Under the pieces are notes generated by a model. It ran no database searches and was not told where the DNA came from. It was given only the letters and a program-made list of their open reading frames with translations. A DNA stretch of 64,000 nucleotides. Source: Minisyncoccota bacterium (GTDB taxonomy: Bacteria; Patescibacteriota; Minisyncoccia; Moranbacterales; UBA1568). Shown piece after piece: positions 34,159 to 45,488 of this stretch; within the stretch, counting starts at the first letter, position 1; each line of letters begins with the position of its first letter. Position numbers and translations under genes: made by a program. The stretch lies in the NCBI GenBank assembly GCA_051306005.1, contig JBPPMJ010000003.1, positions 33,764-97,763 of the forward strand. The letters run 5' to 3'.

Positions 34159-35142
34159 ATGCAAAAAAGACTTTTCTCAGGGATTCAGCCGTCAGGCAAT
34201 CTGCATCTGGGGAATTATCTCGGAGCTATTCAGCAATGGGTGGAACTTCAAGATGATCATGAGGCGATATTCTGTATCGTTGATTTGCATGCTATTACGA
34301 CACCACAAGATCCGGGAGCGCTTCACCAAAAGACACTGGAGATTGCCAAGGTCTTTCTCGCTTCCGGTATCGATCCAAAAACATGCACGCTCTTTGTGCA
34401 GTCTCATGTCTCAGAACATACTGAGCTTGCCTGGATATTGAATACGGTGGCGCGTATGGCAGAATTGGAACGAATGACTCAATACAAAGACAAAAGTGCC
34501 AAAGGAGATGCATCACAATCGAGCGTCGGGCTTTTTGATTATCCGGTCTTGATGTCAGCGGATATTTTGCTCTATGACACGGCAGTGGTGCCTGTCGGTA
34601 CAGATCAACTGCAACACATCGAGCTGGCACGAACGTTGGCACGGCGGTTCAACGAGCGGTTTGGAGAGACATTTGTTATTCCGGAAGGCAAACTTTCCGA
34701 AACAGGGCAATTAATTATGGGACTTGATGATCCGACCAAGAAAATGTCTAAGTCTGCGCCATCCGAATATAATTATATCGCCTTGACTGATACGGCGGAG
34801 ACTGTACGGAGAAAAATAAAAAAAGCCGTGACGGACAGCGGATCAGAGATTGTGTACCATGATGACAAGCCAGCTCTCAAAAATCTCATCAATATCTATG
34901 CGTTGTTATCTCAACAGACGCCTTTGACGCTTGAACAACAATATGTCGGTCGGAGATATGGAGATTTCAAAAATGCCTTGGCAGAAGTTATTATTGATTT
35001 TTTGACGCCTTTTCAGACGCGTTTGGCGAGTATTTCTGATGCGGAGGTCTCAGTTATCTTGACTGCCGGTGCTCTGCGTGCCCGTGCTCTTGCGGAACAA
35101 AAAATGCGCGTGGTCAGAGAACGTATCGGTTTCGTGTCTTAA
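34159..35142 (+). CDS. trpS: Tryptophan--tRNA ligase
   Basis: SGIQPSG.LHLGNY, VDLHAIT, YPVLMSADIL, KMSKS. Confidence 0.98.
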   Translation: MQKRLFSGIQPSGNLHLGNYLGAIQQWVELQDDHEAIFCIVDLHAITTPQDPGALHQKTLEIAKVFLASGIDPKTCTLFVQSHVSEHTELAWILNTVARMAELERMTQYKDKSAKGDASQSSVGLFDYPVLMSADILLYDTAVVPVGTDQLQHIELARTLARRFNERFGETFVIPEGKLSETGQLIMGLDDPTKKMSKSAPSEYNYIALTDTAETVRRKIKKAVTDSGSEIVYHDDKPALKNLINIYALLSQQTPLTLEQQYVGRRYGDFKNALAEVIIDFLTPFQTRLASISDAEVSVILTAGALRARALAEQKMRVVRERIGFVS

Positions 35143-35156
35143 AAAAAAGTCCCCAC

Positions 35157-35453
35157 TTAAAAAGAGGGGATGAATGGTTTGGTACCACGTGTCCAGACAG
35201 CGTTGAAGACCGGACGCACAGCATCTGGATCAATGACACGAGGGAGACAAGTAGAACCGTGGAAACAATGACCGGCGAGACGTATATGTTGTATACGTGA
35301 AGCATCGATATCGCACGGGATGATACCTGGTTTCCAGAGACCAGGCACGCGTGCCATGAGTGGACAAAACATTACAGTAACGTTTTGTATTTTCTCCATC
35401 TCTTGGTACCATACAAGCAAATCTTGATGTGTGAGCAGATTGGTCACAGACAT
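35157..35453 (-). CDS. Small hypothetical protein (98 aa)
   Basis: ATG at 35453 preceded by AGGAG; fills the gap between trpS and the phosphomutase gene. Confidence 0.5.
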   Translation of the reverse strand: MSVTNLLTHQDLLVWYQEMEKIQNVTVMFCPLMARVPGLWKPGIIPCDIDASRIQHIRLAGHCFHGSTCLPRVIDPDAVRPVFNAVWTRGTKPFIPSF

Positions 35454-35517
35454 GAGCAGTCTCCTGATTGTCAAAGAAGAGAGGTGGGTTGTGTGTTCTT
35501 TGTGTGTGATGACCATG

Positions 35518-35543
35518 AAAAAACCGCCCAGAGGGGCGGTTTT
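35518..35543 (-). terminator. Intrinsic terminator after the phosphomutase gene
   Basis: Minus strand AAAACCGCCC-CTCT-GGGCGGTTTTTT. Confidence 0.85.
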
Positions 35544-35622
35544 ACAACGCTTGATACTGCATTGAGATTGTCGTGTGTATGAATCATCATCTCCAGCAGA
35601 ATACTCTCTCGCAGAATGCTTG

Positions 35623-36969
35623 TCAAATGGTTTGTTTGTGCCGGATAATTGCCAAGAGTTCCGCTTGTTTCTCTGCGAGCATTTCTGATGTTTTGGCTTC
35701 AAGATTGAGACGGAGCAATGGCTCGGTATTGGATGGGCGCACATTGAACCACCAATCGGGATATTCAACTTTGAGTCCATCTAACTCATGTTGATGTCCA
35801 TCGGCATAAGTGGTGCGCAACGTGGCGAGGAGAGCGTCCTTATCATCAACTTCACTATTGATCTCACCAGAATGATGATAGCGTCTGATGTCCGCCACCA
35901 ATTGCGAGATGGTTTTTCCTGTTTCTGCCATCAAATTGAGTAGGAGGAGAGCCGGCAGACTACCAGCTTCCGCAAAAGAATTTTCTTCGAAATAATAATG
36001 TCCGGAGAGTTCGCCGGCAAAAATAGCTCCATCTTCGCGCATTTGGCGTTTGATATTGGCGTGTCCGACTTTGCATTCTTTGGCAATCCCGCCATTTTCT
36101 TCGATGATTTCTTTGACAGCGCGTGAAGAACGTAAATCATAGAGGATGATAGCGCCAGGATGTTTGTGGAGGATAATTTTGGCGAGAAGAGCAGTGACCA
36201 AATCCATTGGGATAATTTCACCGGTTTCATCAACGAAGCCGATACGGTCTGCGTCACCATCGTAGGCGATACCAAGATCAGCGTTTGTAGTTCGGATGGT
36301 GGCACGCAGTTCATCAAGCGTATCAAGCTTGAGAGGATTGGCTTCATGACATTGGAAAGGTTTAGAAAGATCATTATAGAGATTGATGACAGTTAGGTTT
36401 TCAGGAAATTGCGCATAGATAGGCAACTCCAAAACCCCCATGGCATTGGCAGTATCAATAGCTAATGTGAATTGCTTGTCGCCAAAATTGGCAAAAGAAG
36501 CGAAATACCCATAATACGCGCCCCGAATATCCTCGGTGCTCAGCGTCCCGCTTATGGCAGAAACCGGAAATTCTCCTGCCAGGGCGAGATCACGAATGTC
36601 TTGGAGTCCTGTGTGTTCACCGACGGGAATAGCGCCATGCAAAGCGATTTTCATCCCGTTGTATTCTGGAGGATTGTGCGATGCGGTGATGGAAATAGCC
36701 AGATCAATCTCCAGCCGACCCGCTGCGAAATACACCATCGGCGTTGTAATGACACCGAGATCTATGACATCGCATCCGCTATCAAGTACACCCTGGGTGA
36801 AGCTGGCAAACAAGTCAGGACTGGAAACACGAATGTCCCGTCCGACGCCAATGCGCTTGGGGGAGAAACGTGCTACAACAGCTCGTCCAATAGCATACAC
36901 GAGTGTTTCGTTGATCTCTGTGGGATAGATACCGCGAATATCGTAGGCTTTGAAAATAGTACCAGACAT
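35623..36969 (-). CDS. Phosphomannomutase/phosphoglucomutase
   Basis: FKAYDIRG, TASHNP, DGDADR, GELSGH, RPSNTEP. Confidence 0.96.
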   Translation of the reverse strand: MSGTIFKAYDIRGIYPTEINETLVYAIGRAVVARFSPKRIGVGRDIRVSSPDLFASFTQGVLDSGCDVIDLGVITTPMVYFAAGRLEIDLAISITASHNPPEYNGMKIALHGAIPVGEHTGLQDIRDLALAGEFPVSAISGTLSTEDIRGAYYGYFASFANFGDKQFTLAIDTANAMGVLELPIYAQFPENLTVINLYNDLSKPFQCHEANPLKLDTLDELRATIRTTNADLGIAYDGDADRIGFVDETGEIIPMDLVTALLAKIILHKHPGAIILYDLRSSRAVKEIIEENGGIAKECKVGHANIKRQMREDGAIFAGELSGHYYFEENSFAEAGSLPALLLLNLMAETGKTISQLVADIRRYHHSGEINSEVDDKDALLATLRTTYADGHQHELDGLKVEYPDWWFNVRPSNTEPLLRLNLEAKTSEMLAEKQAELLAIIRHKQTI

Positions 36970-37116
36970 AAAAGCGTCATGAGAAATTATTATTTTTAGT
37001 ATACCACAATATCCCATTGACCAAAGGGTATTTTTTTGTCATAATGGCAAACATACTTTTCCCGCCTTCATCTACAAGCATTCAACCACTGTAAAATACT
37101 GGTAGTACATTTCCTT

Positions 37117-38175
37117 ATGGCAGGTACAAAACTCAATGTCGGTATCGTCGGTCTTCCCAATGTGGGCAAGTCTACTCTCTTCAAAGCGCTGACAAGAAAG
37201 GCGGTGGACATCAACAATTACCCATTCTGCACCATCGAACCCAATGTCGGTATCGTAGAGGTGCCTGATGATCGTTTGGCACGTCTCGCCCATATGTCGG
37301 GAAGTCAAAAAATTATTCCTGCTGTCATTGAGTTTGTAGACATCGCCGGTCTCGTCCAGGGTGCCAGTGAAGGCGAAGGTTTGGGCAACAAATTTCTTGC
37401 CAATATTCGCGAAGTGGACGCCATCATCCATGTCGTCCGCATTTTTGAAAACCCGGATATCATCCATGTTCACCAACGTGTTGATCCGTTCCAAGATATG
37501 GACATCATCAACACGGAACTCATCTTGGCGGATATGGAAACTATCACCAAGCGCAAACTGAAAACCATCAAAGAAGCCCGCTCCGGAAAAAAAGAAGCCA
37601 TTACCGAAATGTCTATCCTGGAAATACTTGCCACAGAATTAAATGCTGGACACCTGGCATACGACGCTGTCCAGGCGCTGGCACCGACCCTGCGACCCAT
37701 TGCAGAGTCTCTCCAACTCCTCACTGCCAAACCGATTCTCTATGTCTACAACGTCTCCGATATGGATCGTGCGCTGAGTCCCTCTCTCACTCTTTTGCCC
37801 CATGTCGCACTGGATATCAAAATTGAAGAAGAATTGATTGAAATGTCCCCCGCGGAAATCCAAGAAATGGAACTTGTTTCGCATCTGGGAGACTTGGCAC
37901 GTCACGCCTACGCGCTTTTAGGACTGATGACTTATTTCACCACGGGTGTCCAAGAAACACGAGCCTGGACGGTGCGCCAAGGTTCGACTGCGCCAGAAGC
38001 AGGGGCAGCCATTCATAGCGACTTTGCCGACCACTTCATCCGCGCCGAAGTCATCCATTGGACTACATTACTTGAGGCTGGTTCATGGAGCTCCGCACGC
38101 GATGCCGGCACTTTGCGTCTTGAGGGCAAAGAATATATCGTCCAAGACGGCGACGTCATTGTATTCAAAATCTAA
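37117..38175 (+). CDS. ychF: Obg-family ATPase YchF
   Basis: [31 protein letters not shown]-terminal TGS. Confidence 0.97.
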   Translation: MAGTKLNVGIVGLPNVGKSTLFKALTRKAVDINNYPFCTIEPNVGIVEVPDDRLARLAHMSGSQKIIPAVIEFVDIAGLVQGASEGEGLGNKFLANIREVDAIIHVVRIFENPDIIHVHQRVDPFQDMDIINTELILADMETITKRKLKTIKEARSGKKEAITEMSILEILATELNAGHLAYDAVQALAPTLRPIAESLQLLTAKPILYVYNVSDMDRALSPSLTLLPHVALDIKIEEELIEMSPAEIQEMELVSHLGDLARHAYALLGLMTYFTTGVQETRAWTVRQGSTAPEAGAAIHSDFADHFIRAEVIHWTTLLEAGSWSSARDAGTLRLEGKEYIVQDGDVIVFKI

Positions 38176-38334
38176 TCTCCACCGCATCACTACACACCGT
38201 CTCCATCCGTAACTTGACCACCACCTGTTTTTTTGCCACAATAGAAACGAAAGAAACAAACCAAAACAAGCTCAAAAAAAGCTTACCGAATCAATATTGC
38301 GGGTTTTGAATATCAAAAATGAGCCAGAAAAAAA

Positions 38335-41300
38335 ATGTCTCTCACTGCTCATCGTATTATCCAGTACAGTATCATCATTCTTTTCTGCATCATCGCTGGA
38401 GGAGGGTATTGGTATTGGCAAAACGCCCGCGCTTCCCAGACTCTTTCAAATGATAAGCCGAGTTGGGTCGCTCCACTCACCAATTCCCTCAGTCTCTCCG
38501 CCGGATCGGGCAAGCCAACGTATTCTCGTGCCGATGGCGCGGACCGGCGTGCCACTGTTACGGATTTCGCGGGGCTCATCATTCCCGTCAAACAAAACGA
38601 AGCGAGATTTGAAGGCGCAAGACGAGTAGAGAATCTGTTGACGTATAGTGAGGCGTTTGATAATGGCGTATGGGTTACTGGTGGAATCTCAACGACTGCC
38701 AATGCGACGGTGGCGCCTGATGGAACATCAACGGCAGATAACCTGATTTTTCCTGCTTCAGCGCAAACAAACAAAGGTCAAGCAGTATCCGTGCTCGCTG
38801 GACATACGTATGCTTTTTCCATATGGCTCAAGTCACCAGTAGCGGGGAAGACTATTCAAATTTCTTTTGAAAATTGTGGAAGCGGTGGAGTTGGTTGTGG
38901 GTATTTTGTAACCAACCTCTCTACTCAGTGGCAACGTCACACGAGGACGGTGACTATGGGGACATCAACATCATTCAATGTCTTGTTGTATAATTTCACT
39001 GGTGACAATGGTGGTGCTGGAGTGACAGTGAATGCCTGGGGTGCTCAATTGGAAGACGTAACCGGACAAACCAATCAGAATCCGAGTGAGTACGTTTCCA
39101 CCAATGTCAAAACATCCGCCCCTTATCACGGTGCTGGCGTAGACCAAGTGCGATACTTCTCCACCCAAAACGGCAACACCGTCGCAAGCAATATCGTCAC
39201 CGAAGCGACCGGCACCGCCATTTCCGACGCGACCCTCCACGGGTATGTGTCGGAAGGGACACGGACGAATTTGGCTTTGCAGTCGGAGGATCTAAGTGCC
39301 TCACCATGGAGTTTAGGCCCTGGCGCAAGTACTGTGTCCGTAAATTCAACCGTTGCACCATCTGGCGCTCAGGTAGCCGACAAGCTTATACCAAACACAC
39401 AAAACACTTATCATTATATAAGTTTTCCAACAACCGTTGTTTCGGCAACCGTCTATACATATTCAGTATATGTGAAGGCGGCTGGATACAATTATGTTCT
39501 TATAAATTCGGCTACAGGAAACAGTTTGGGAGGAAATTCCGGTCCAATAATAGATTTAACCAATGGGACAAAGGCAGGATACTATGTTTACGACAATCCA
39601 ACAACGATTACCAATATTGGTAATGGGTGGTATCGAGTCAGTATTAAAATTACTACTTCGGGTACAACATTAAAGATGGACCATAATGTTTTACCAACTT
39701 CCTCCGTTGCGACTTCTGTCGGCAATGGAACCTCCGGCATCTACCTCTGGGGAGCCCAACTCGAAGCTGGAGATTTTGCATCTTCCTACATCCCCACCAC
39801 TTCCACTACCGTCACGCGCGCAAGTGACATCTTGACTTACCCGACCAACAAAAACATTAACGTATCGCAAGGGTCAGTGTATGTTGAAGAACTGTTACAG
39901 GGTTTTACGGGTTTAGTACAACAAACCTTGACTCTTAACGATGGCACCGCCAATAATCGACTCTTGATAAGAGGATCTAATACGAGTTCGGATGCGATTG
40001 TGGTCTCAACAGTAAATGGTAGCAACGGTTTGGCTGGCACCAACAGAACAATTGGGGTCCCTATGAAACGTGCTGTTGCATATTCGCCGACATTCTTCAA
40101 ACTTTTTGATACCAATGCGCTGAAAGGTACTGATGCGGATGGCGTACAATTGGGAGCAACTACCAATCAAATAGAAATCGGGCAGAGAGGTGGTATGGAA
40201 CATCTTTTTGGCACCGTCAAAAACGTCAAGATATGGAAGAAGGCTCTTTCTGATACGCAACTCACTGAAATGACGAGTGCCAATTCGGTGATTGCCAATT
40301 CTACCACCCAAGCAACCACTATCAAAGCACCCGATAACACCGGACTCGTGGGCTACTGGTCTTTTGAAGAAGGTACGGGCACCACAACGGAAAATGCTTC
40401 TCCGAAAGGCAAAAATACCGGCACCCTCACCAACGGTCCGACTTGGACCAGTGGTAAAGTCGGAAAAGCATTGAGTTTTGACGGGACGGATGATTATGTC
40501 CAAGGGTCGATCCCATCCTCTACATTTTCAAACGACTGGACAGTTACGGCATGGTTCAATCACCGGGCTACTACAACATGGGGAGCAATATTTTCAAACA
40601 GTGTTGGCACAAATAATACCATGATTATGACTATGCGTAATGCTACGACTCAGTTTGGTATCATGCGAGTAGGATCAGCTGAGACTGGTGTGTACGTTGA
40701 TCTCGGAGCAAATCATTTTAATAAATGGATATTGGGAGTGATAAAAAAGGAAGGTTCGACTCTTACCGTGTATGCCTATAAAGATGGTCAACTTCAGACT
40801 GCGACAGGTGCTCTGAGTTGGACACTTAATACCGATAATGAGTTTTATATAGGCAGGCATTATGCATCTGCCACTCATATATTCAATGGTCTTATTGACG
40901 AAGTACGTGTCTACAATAAAGCGCTTTCTGCGGGGGAAATACAGGCGCTGTACAATGGATCCGAGGCTTCACACACAACTATCAATGTCAATCAGAACGA
41001 CAAATTGACGAATGGCTTGGTCGGTCTGTGGAGTTTCAATGGTCCAGATGTCTCGGGGACGACCGCCTTTGACAGAAGTGGTCAAGGCAACAACGGCACC
41101 CTCACCAACGGTCCCAAAGTTACCCAAGGCAAAGTCGGTCAAGCCCTAAAATTTGACGGGACGGATGATTATGTGAACACGGGCTCAACTTTTTCATCAT
41201 TGACATCCACTTTCACTATCTCTACTTGGGTCAATCCAGGGGCATCACAGACAACTTATGCTGAGATTTTTGGCAATCACACTGGCTATCGTGGTCTTGT

Positions 41301-41637
41301 GTTGCAACAAAATGTTGCAAATACAAATCAATACTATTTTGCCTATGGCGATGGCTCTGCCTGGAGATATTCAAGTAATTTTACCTTGACAGCCAATCGT
41401 TGGCAACACATAGTCGCTATCAAAGATGCCAGCAGTACCACCGTGTACGTCAATGGAGTAGTCGTGGCAACTGGTTCTTCGGCAACCAGTGTCGCGCCTA
41501 GTCCAGATTCCTTACGTTTTGGTAGAGGATATGTGCCTCAGTCTCGATGTTGGAAAGGTAGTATGGACGAGTTTCGTATCTACAATAGAGTGCTTTCTGC
41601 GGGGGAGGTTCAGGCGCTTTACAACCTCGGTCGCTAA
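38335..41637 (+). CDS. Large membrane-anchored surface protein: two carbohydrate-binding-like (NLL..WGAQLE) modules and LamG/concanavalin-like domains
   Basis: N-terminal TM, WGAQLE twice, GLVGxWxF..GKVGxALxFDGTDDYV..DExRxYNxxLSA twice; T/S/G/N-rich. Confidence 0.85.
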   Translation: MSLTAHRIIQYSIIILFCIIAGGGYWYWQNARASQTLSNDKPSWVAPLTNSLSLSAGSGKPTYSRADGADRRATVTDFAGLIIPVKQNEARFEGARRVENLLTYSEAFDNGVWVTGGISTTANATVAPDGTSTADNLIFPASAQTNKGQAVSVLAGHTYAFSIWLKSPVAGKTIQISFENCGSGGVGCGYFVTNLSTQWQRHTRTVTMGTSTSFNVLLYNFTGDNGGAGVTVNAWGAQLEDVTGQTNQNPSEYVSTNVKTSAPYHGAGVDQVRYFSTQNGNTVASNIVTEATGTAISDATLHGYVSEGTRTNLALQSEDLSASPWSLGPGASTVSVNSTVAPSGAQVADKLIPNTQNTYHYISFPTTVVSATVYTYSVYVKAAGYNYVLINSATGNSLGGNSGPIIDLTNGTKAGYYVYDNPTTITNIGNGWYRVSIKITTSGTTLKMDHNVLPTSSVATSVGNGTSGIYLWGAQLEAGDFASSYIPTTSTTVTRASDILTYPTNKNINVSQGSVYVEELLQGFTGLVQQTLTLNDGTANNRLLIRGSNTSSDAIVVSTVNGSNGLAGTNRTIGVPMKRAVAYSPTFFKLFDTNALKGTDADGVQLGATTNQIEIGQRGGMEHLFGTVKNVKIWKKALSDTQLTEMTSANSVIANSTTQATTIKAPDNTGLVGYWSFEEGTGTTTENASPKGKNTGTLTNGPTWTSGKVGKALSFDGTDDYVQGSIPSSTFSNDWTVTAWFNHRATTTWGAIFSNSVGTNNTMIMTMRNATTQFGIMRVGSAETGVYVDLGANHFNKWILGVIKKEGSTLTVYAYKDGQLQTATGALSWTLNTDNEFYIGRHYASATHIFNGLIDEVRVYNKALSAGEIQALYNGSEASHTTINVNQNDKLTNGLVGLWSFNGPDVSGTTAFDRSGQGNNGTLTNGPKVTQGKVGQALKFDGTDDYVNTGSTFSSLTSTFTISTWVNPGASQTTYAEIFGNHTGYRGLVLQQNVANTNQYYFAYGDGSAWRYSSNFTLTANRWQHIVAIKDASSTTVYVNGVVVATGSSATSVAPSPDSLRFGRGYVPQSRCWKGSMDEFRIYNRVLSAGEVQALYNLGR

Positions 41638-41638
41638 T

Positions 41639-41877
41639 CCTCTCAGTACAGCGATTCAACCTCTGTCAGTGTTGTTTGAGTGGGGATGCATATTCTGGTG
41701 ATATTTGAGCAATCATTGTGTTACCAAAAGAGTGTTTTGAAACAGTTTCACAGTACAAAAGAGTATAGGGGTTTTGCCGGACAGTCTATCCGCGGTGTTT
41801 GAGACAGCGAAATATTGTCTCAGGCACTTGGTGTGGAGGAGTACTTTCTGCAGGGGTTGAATCGCTGTATTGAGGGG
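41639..41877 (+). repeat. Intergenic element closed by a 27-bp inverted repeat (structured RNA or MITE-like)
   Basis: 41639-41665 pairs with 41851-41877 (24 Watson-Crick + 3 G.U); internal hairpins. Confidence 0.8.
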
Positions 41878-41881
41878 GCTC

Positions 41882-43594
<1,713 letters not shown>

Positions 43595-43622
43595 GGATCT
43601 TGGAGATTTTTTTCTCGCAACG

Positions 43623-43654
43623 CAAAAGGCTCTCTGTCTCGGGGAGTCTTTTTG
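43623..43654 (+). terminator. Probable terminator after groEL
   Basis: GGCTCTC/GGGAGTC stem followed by T5. Confidence 0.6.
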
Positions 43655-43686
43655 TGGTATACTAAAAAAAAGAAACAAAAAAATAT

Positions 43687-45435
43687 ATGCGTATTGAACC
43701 ACATCAATTGAAATTATTTCTACTGGATTCCAATCTGGTATCCAAGGAAGCGGTGGAAGAAACGTCCAAGGAAGCAGAAGAGTCCGGCAAGAATTTTGGC
43801 ACGTTGCTTTTGGAGAAAAAACTCATTCGGGAAGAAGATTTACAGAAAGTGTATGCCTATATTTTGGGTATTCCGTTTGTGGACTTGTCCAAAGATACCA
43901 TTCCGCTTGATATCTTGCATATTGTTCCCGAGTTGATTGCCAAGAAATACAACATTGTCGCGTTTGAGAAAAGCGGTGTCAATCTCAAAGTGGCTATGCT
44001 CAATCCGGAGGATTTGCAAACGATTGATTTTATCAAGAAAAAAACAGGACTGAAAATCGTGCCATGCCTCACGACTCGTGAAAATATTCAGACTATTTTG
44101 CATCAATACGAACGAAGTCTGAAAGCAGAGTTCGGTGAGATTTTGACCGGAGAAATCGGTCCAGAAGGGGAGAGTAGGGATGACGAAAATTTGGCACAGG
44201 TAGCCGTGGGATTGCCGATTATTCGGGTGGTAGATACGCTTCTCAAACACGCCATTTTGGAATCAGCGAGTGATATCCATATTGAACCTGACGAAAAAGC
44301 AGTGCATGTACGGTATCGTATCGATGGTGTTTTGCACGACGCGATGACTCTGCCTCGTGATGTGGCGGCCGGTATCGTGGCACGTATCAAAGTTCTGTCC
44401 AATCTCAAACTTGATGAACACCGTTTGCCACAGGATGGTCGTTTCAAAATTCAAAGTGATACATACAAGATTTCTTTTCGCGTGAGTATTCTGCCAGTGT
44501 TTGACGGGGAGAAGATCGTGATGCGTCTTTTGGACGAAACCTCCAAAGGATTGACTTTGGAAAAAATGGGACTCAACGGTACCGCACTTGAAGCCGTCCA
44601 TCGCGAAATCAGCAAGCCAAACGGTATGATTCTTGTAACCGGACCAACGGGCTCTGGTAAAACGACTACGCTTTACACTGTGATGGATATCTTGAATACG
44701 CCAGAGGTCAATATCAGTACCGTAGAGGATCCGGTGGAGTATCGGATGCCACGAGTCAATCAGACGCAGATTACTTCCAAAATCGGTATGACATTTGCCG
44801 CGGCTCTACGTGCCCTGTTGCGTCAGGATCCGGACATCATCATGGTGGGAGAAATTCGTGATGAAGAAACGCTAGAGATCGCGATGCATGCTGCCATGAC
44901 TGGTCATCTCGTGCTTTCTACGCTACATACCAATAGTGCCGCAGCGACCCTACCTCGTATGTTGGACATGGGTGCGGAACCATTTTTGATTGCCTCAACT
45001 GTCAATGTGATTATCGCTCAACGTCTCGTACGTCGTTTGTGTCCTGAGTGTCGAGAGGCTTACACACTTGATGACAAAGAAATTGCTTCGTTGGAAAAAT
45101 CATACGATATCATGGATGTGTTGCGTTACTTGCAGAACGATGTGGTGGGCAAAAAAGTACTCAAGGATATCAAAAATTGGTCTGAAATTACTTTGTACCG
45201 ACCGAAAGGATGCGATCAATGCGGAGGAGAAGGTTATCGGGGACGTAATGGTCTATATGAAGTCTTGCCAATGGATACGGATATTCGTAAATTGGTGACA
45301 CAAGCATCGACGACAGAGGCCATTGAACAACAAGCGAAGAAAAATGGCATGACCACCATGGTGGAAGACGGCTTCTTGAAAATTATCCAGGGTTTGACTT
45401 CCTTGGAAGAGGTAATGCGTGTGACCAAGGAATAA
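43687..45435 (+). CDS. pilB: Type IV pilus/T2SS assembly ATPase (PilB/GspE family)
   Basis: ASDIHIEP, GPTGSGKTT, RQDPD, TGHLVLSTLH, tetra-Cys zinc motif. Confidence 0.92.
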   Translation: MRIEPHQLKLFLLDSNLVSKEAVEETSKEAEESGKNFGTLLLEKKLIREEDLQKVYAYILGIPFVDLSKDTIPLDILHIVPELIAKKYNIVAFEKSGVNLKVAMLNPEDLQTIDFIKKKTGLKIVPCLTTRENIQTILHQYERSLKAEFGEILTGEIGPEGESRDDENLAQVAVGLPIIRVVDTLLKHAILESASDIHIEPDEKAVHVRYRIDGVLHDAMTLPRDVAAGIVARIKVLSNLKLDEHRLPQDGRFKIQSDTYKISFRVSILPVFDGEKIVMRLLDETSKGLTLEKMGLNGTALEAVHREISKPNGMILVTGPTGSGKTTTLYTVMDILNTPEVNISTVEDPVEYRMPRVNQTQITSKIGMTFAAALRALLRQDPDIIMVGEIRDEETLEIAMHAAMTGHLVLSTLHTNSAAATLPRMLDMGAEPFLIASTVNVIIAQRLVRRLCPECREAYTLDDKEIASLEKSYDIMDVLRYLQNDVVGKKVLKDIKNWSEITLYRPKGCDQCGGEGYRGRNGLYEVLPMDTDIRKLVTQASTTEAIEQQAKKNGMTTMVEDGFLKIIQGLTSLEEVMRVTKE

Positions 45436-45488
45436 CAGGAATGTTGCCGATGATCCGCATTTATACGGTATGAGTTTTGGGTATACCT

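Noticed and set aside
38335-41637. Diversity-generating retroelement acting on the surface protein
   Set aside because: No reverse transcriptase and no repeat pair differing only at adenines in this window.
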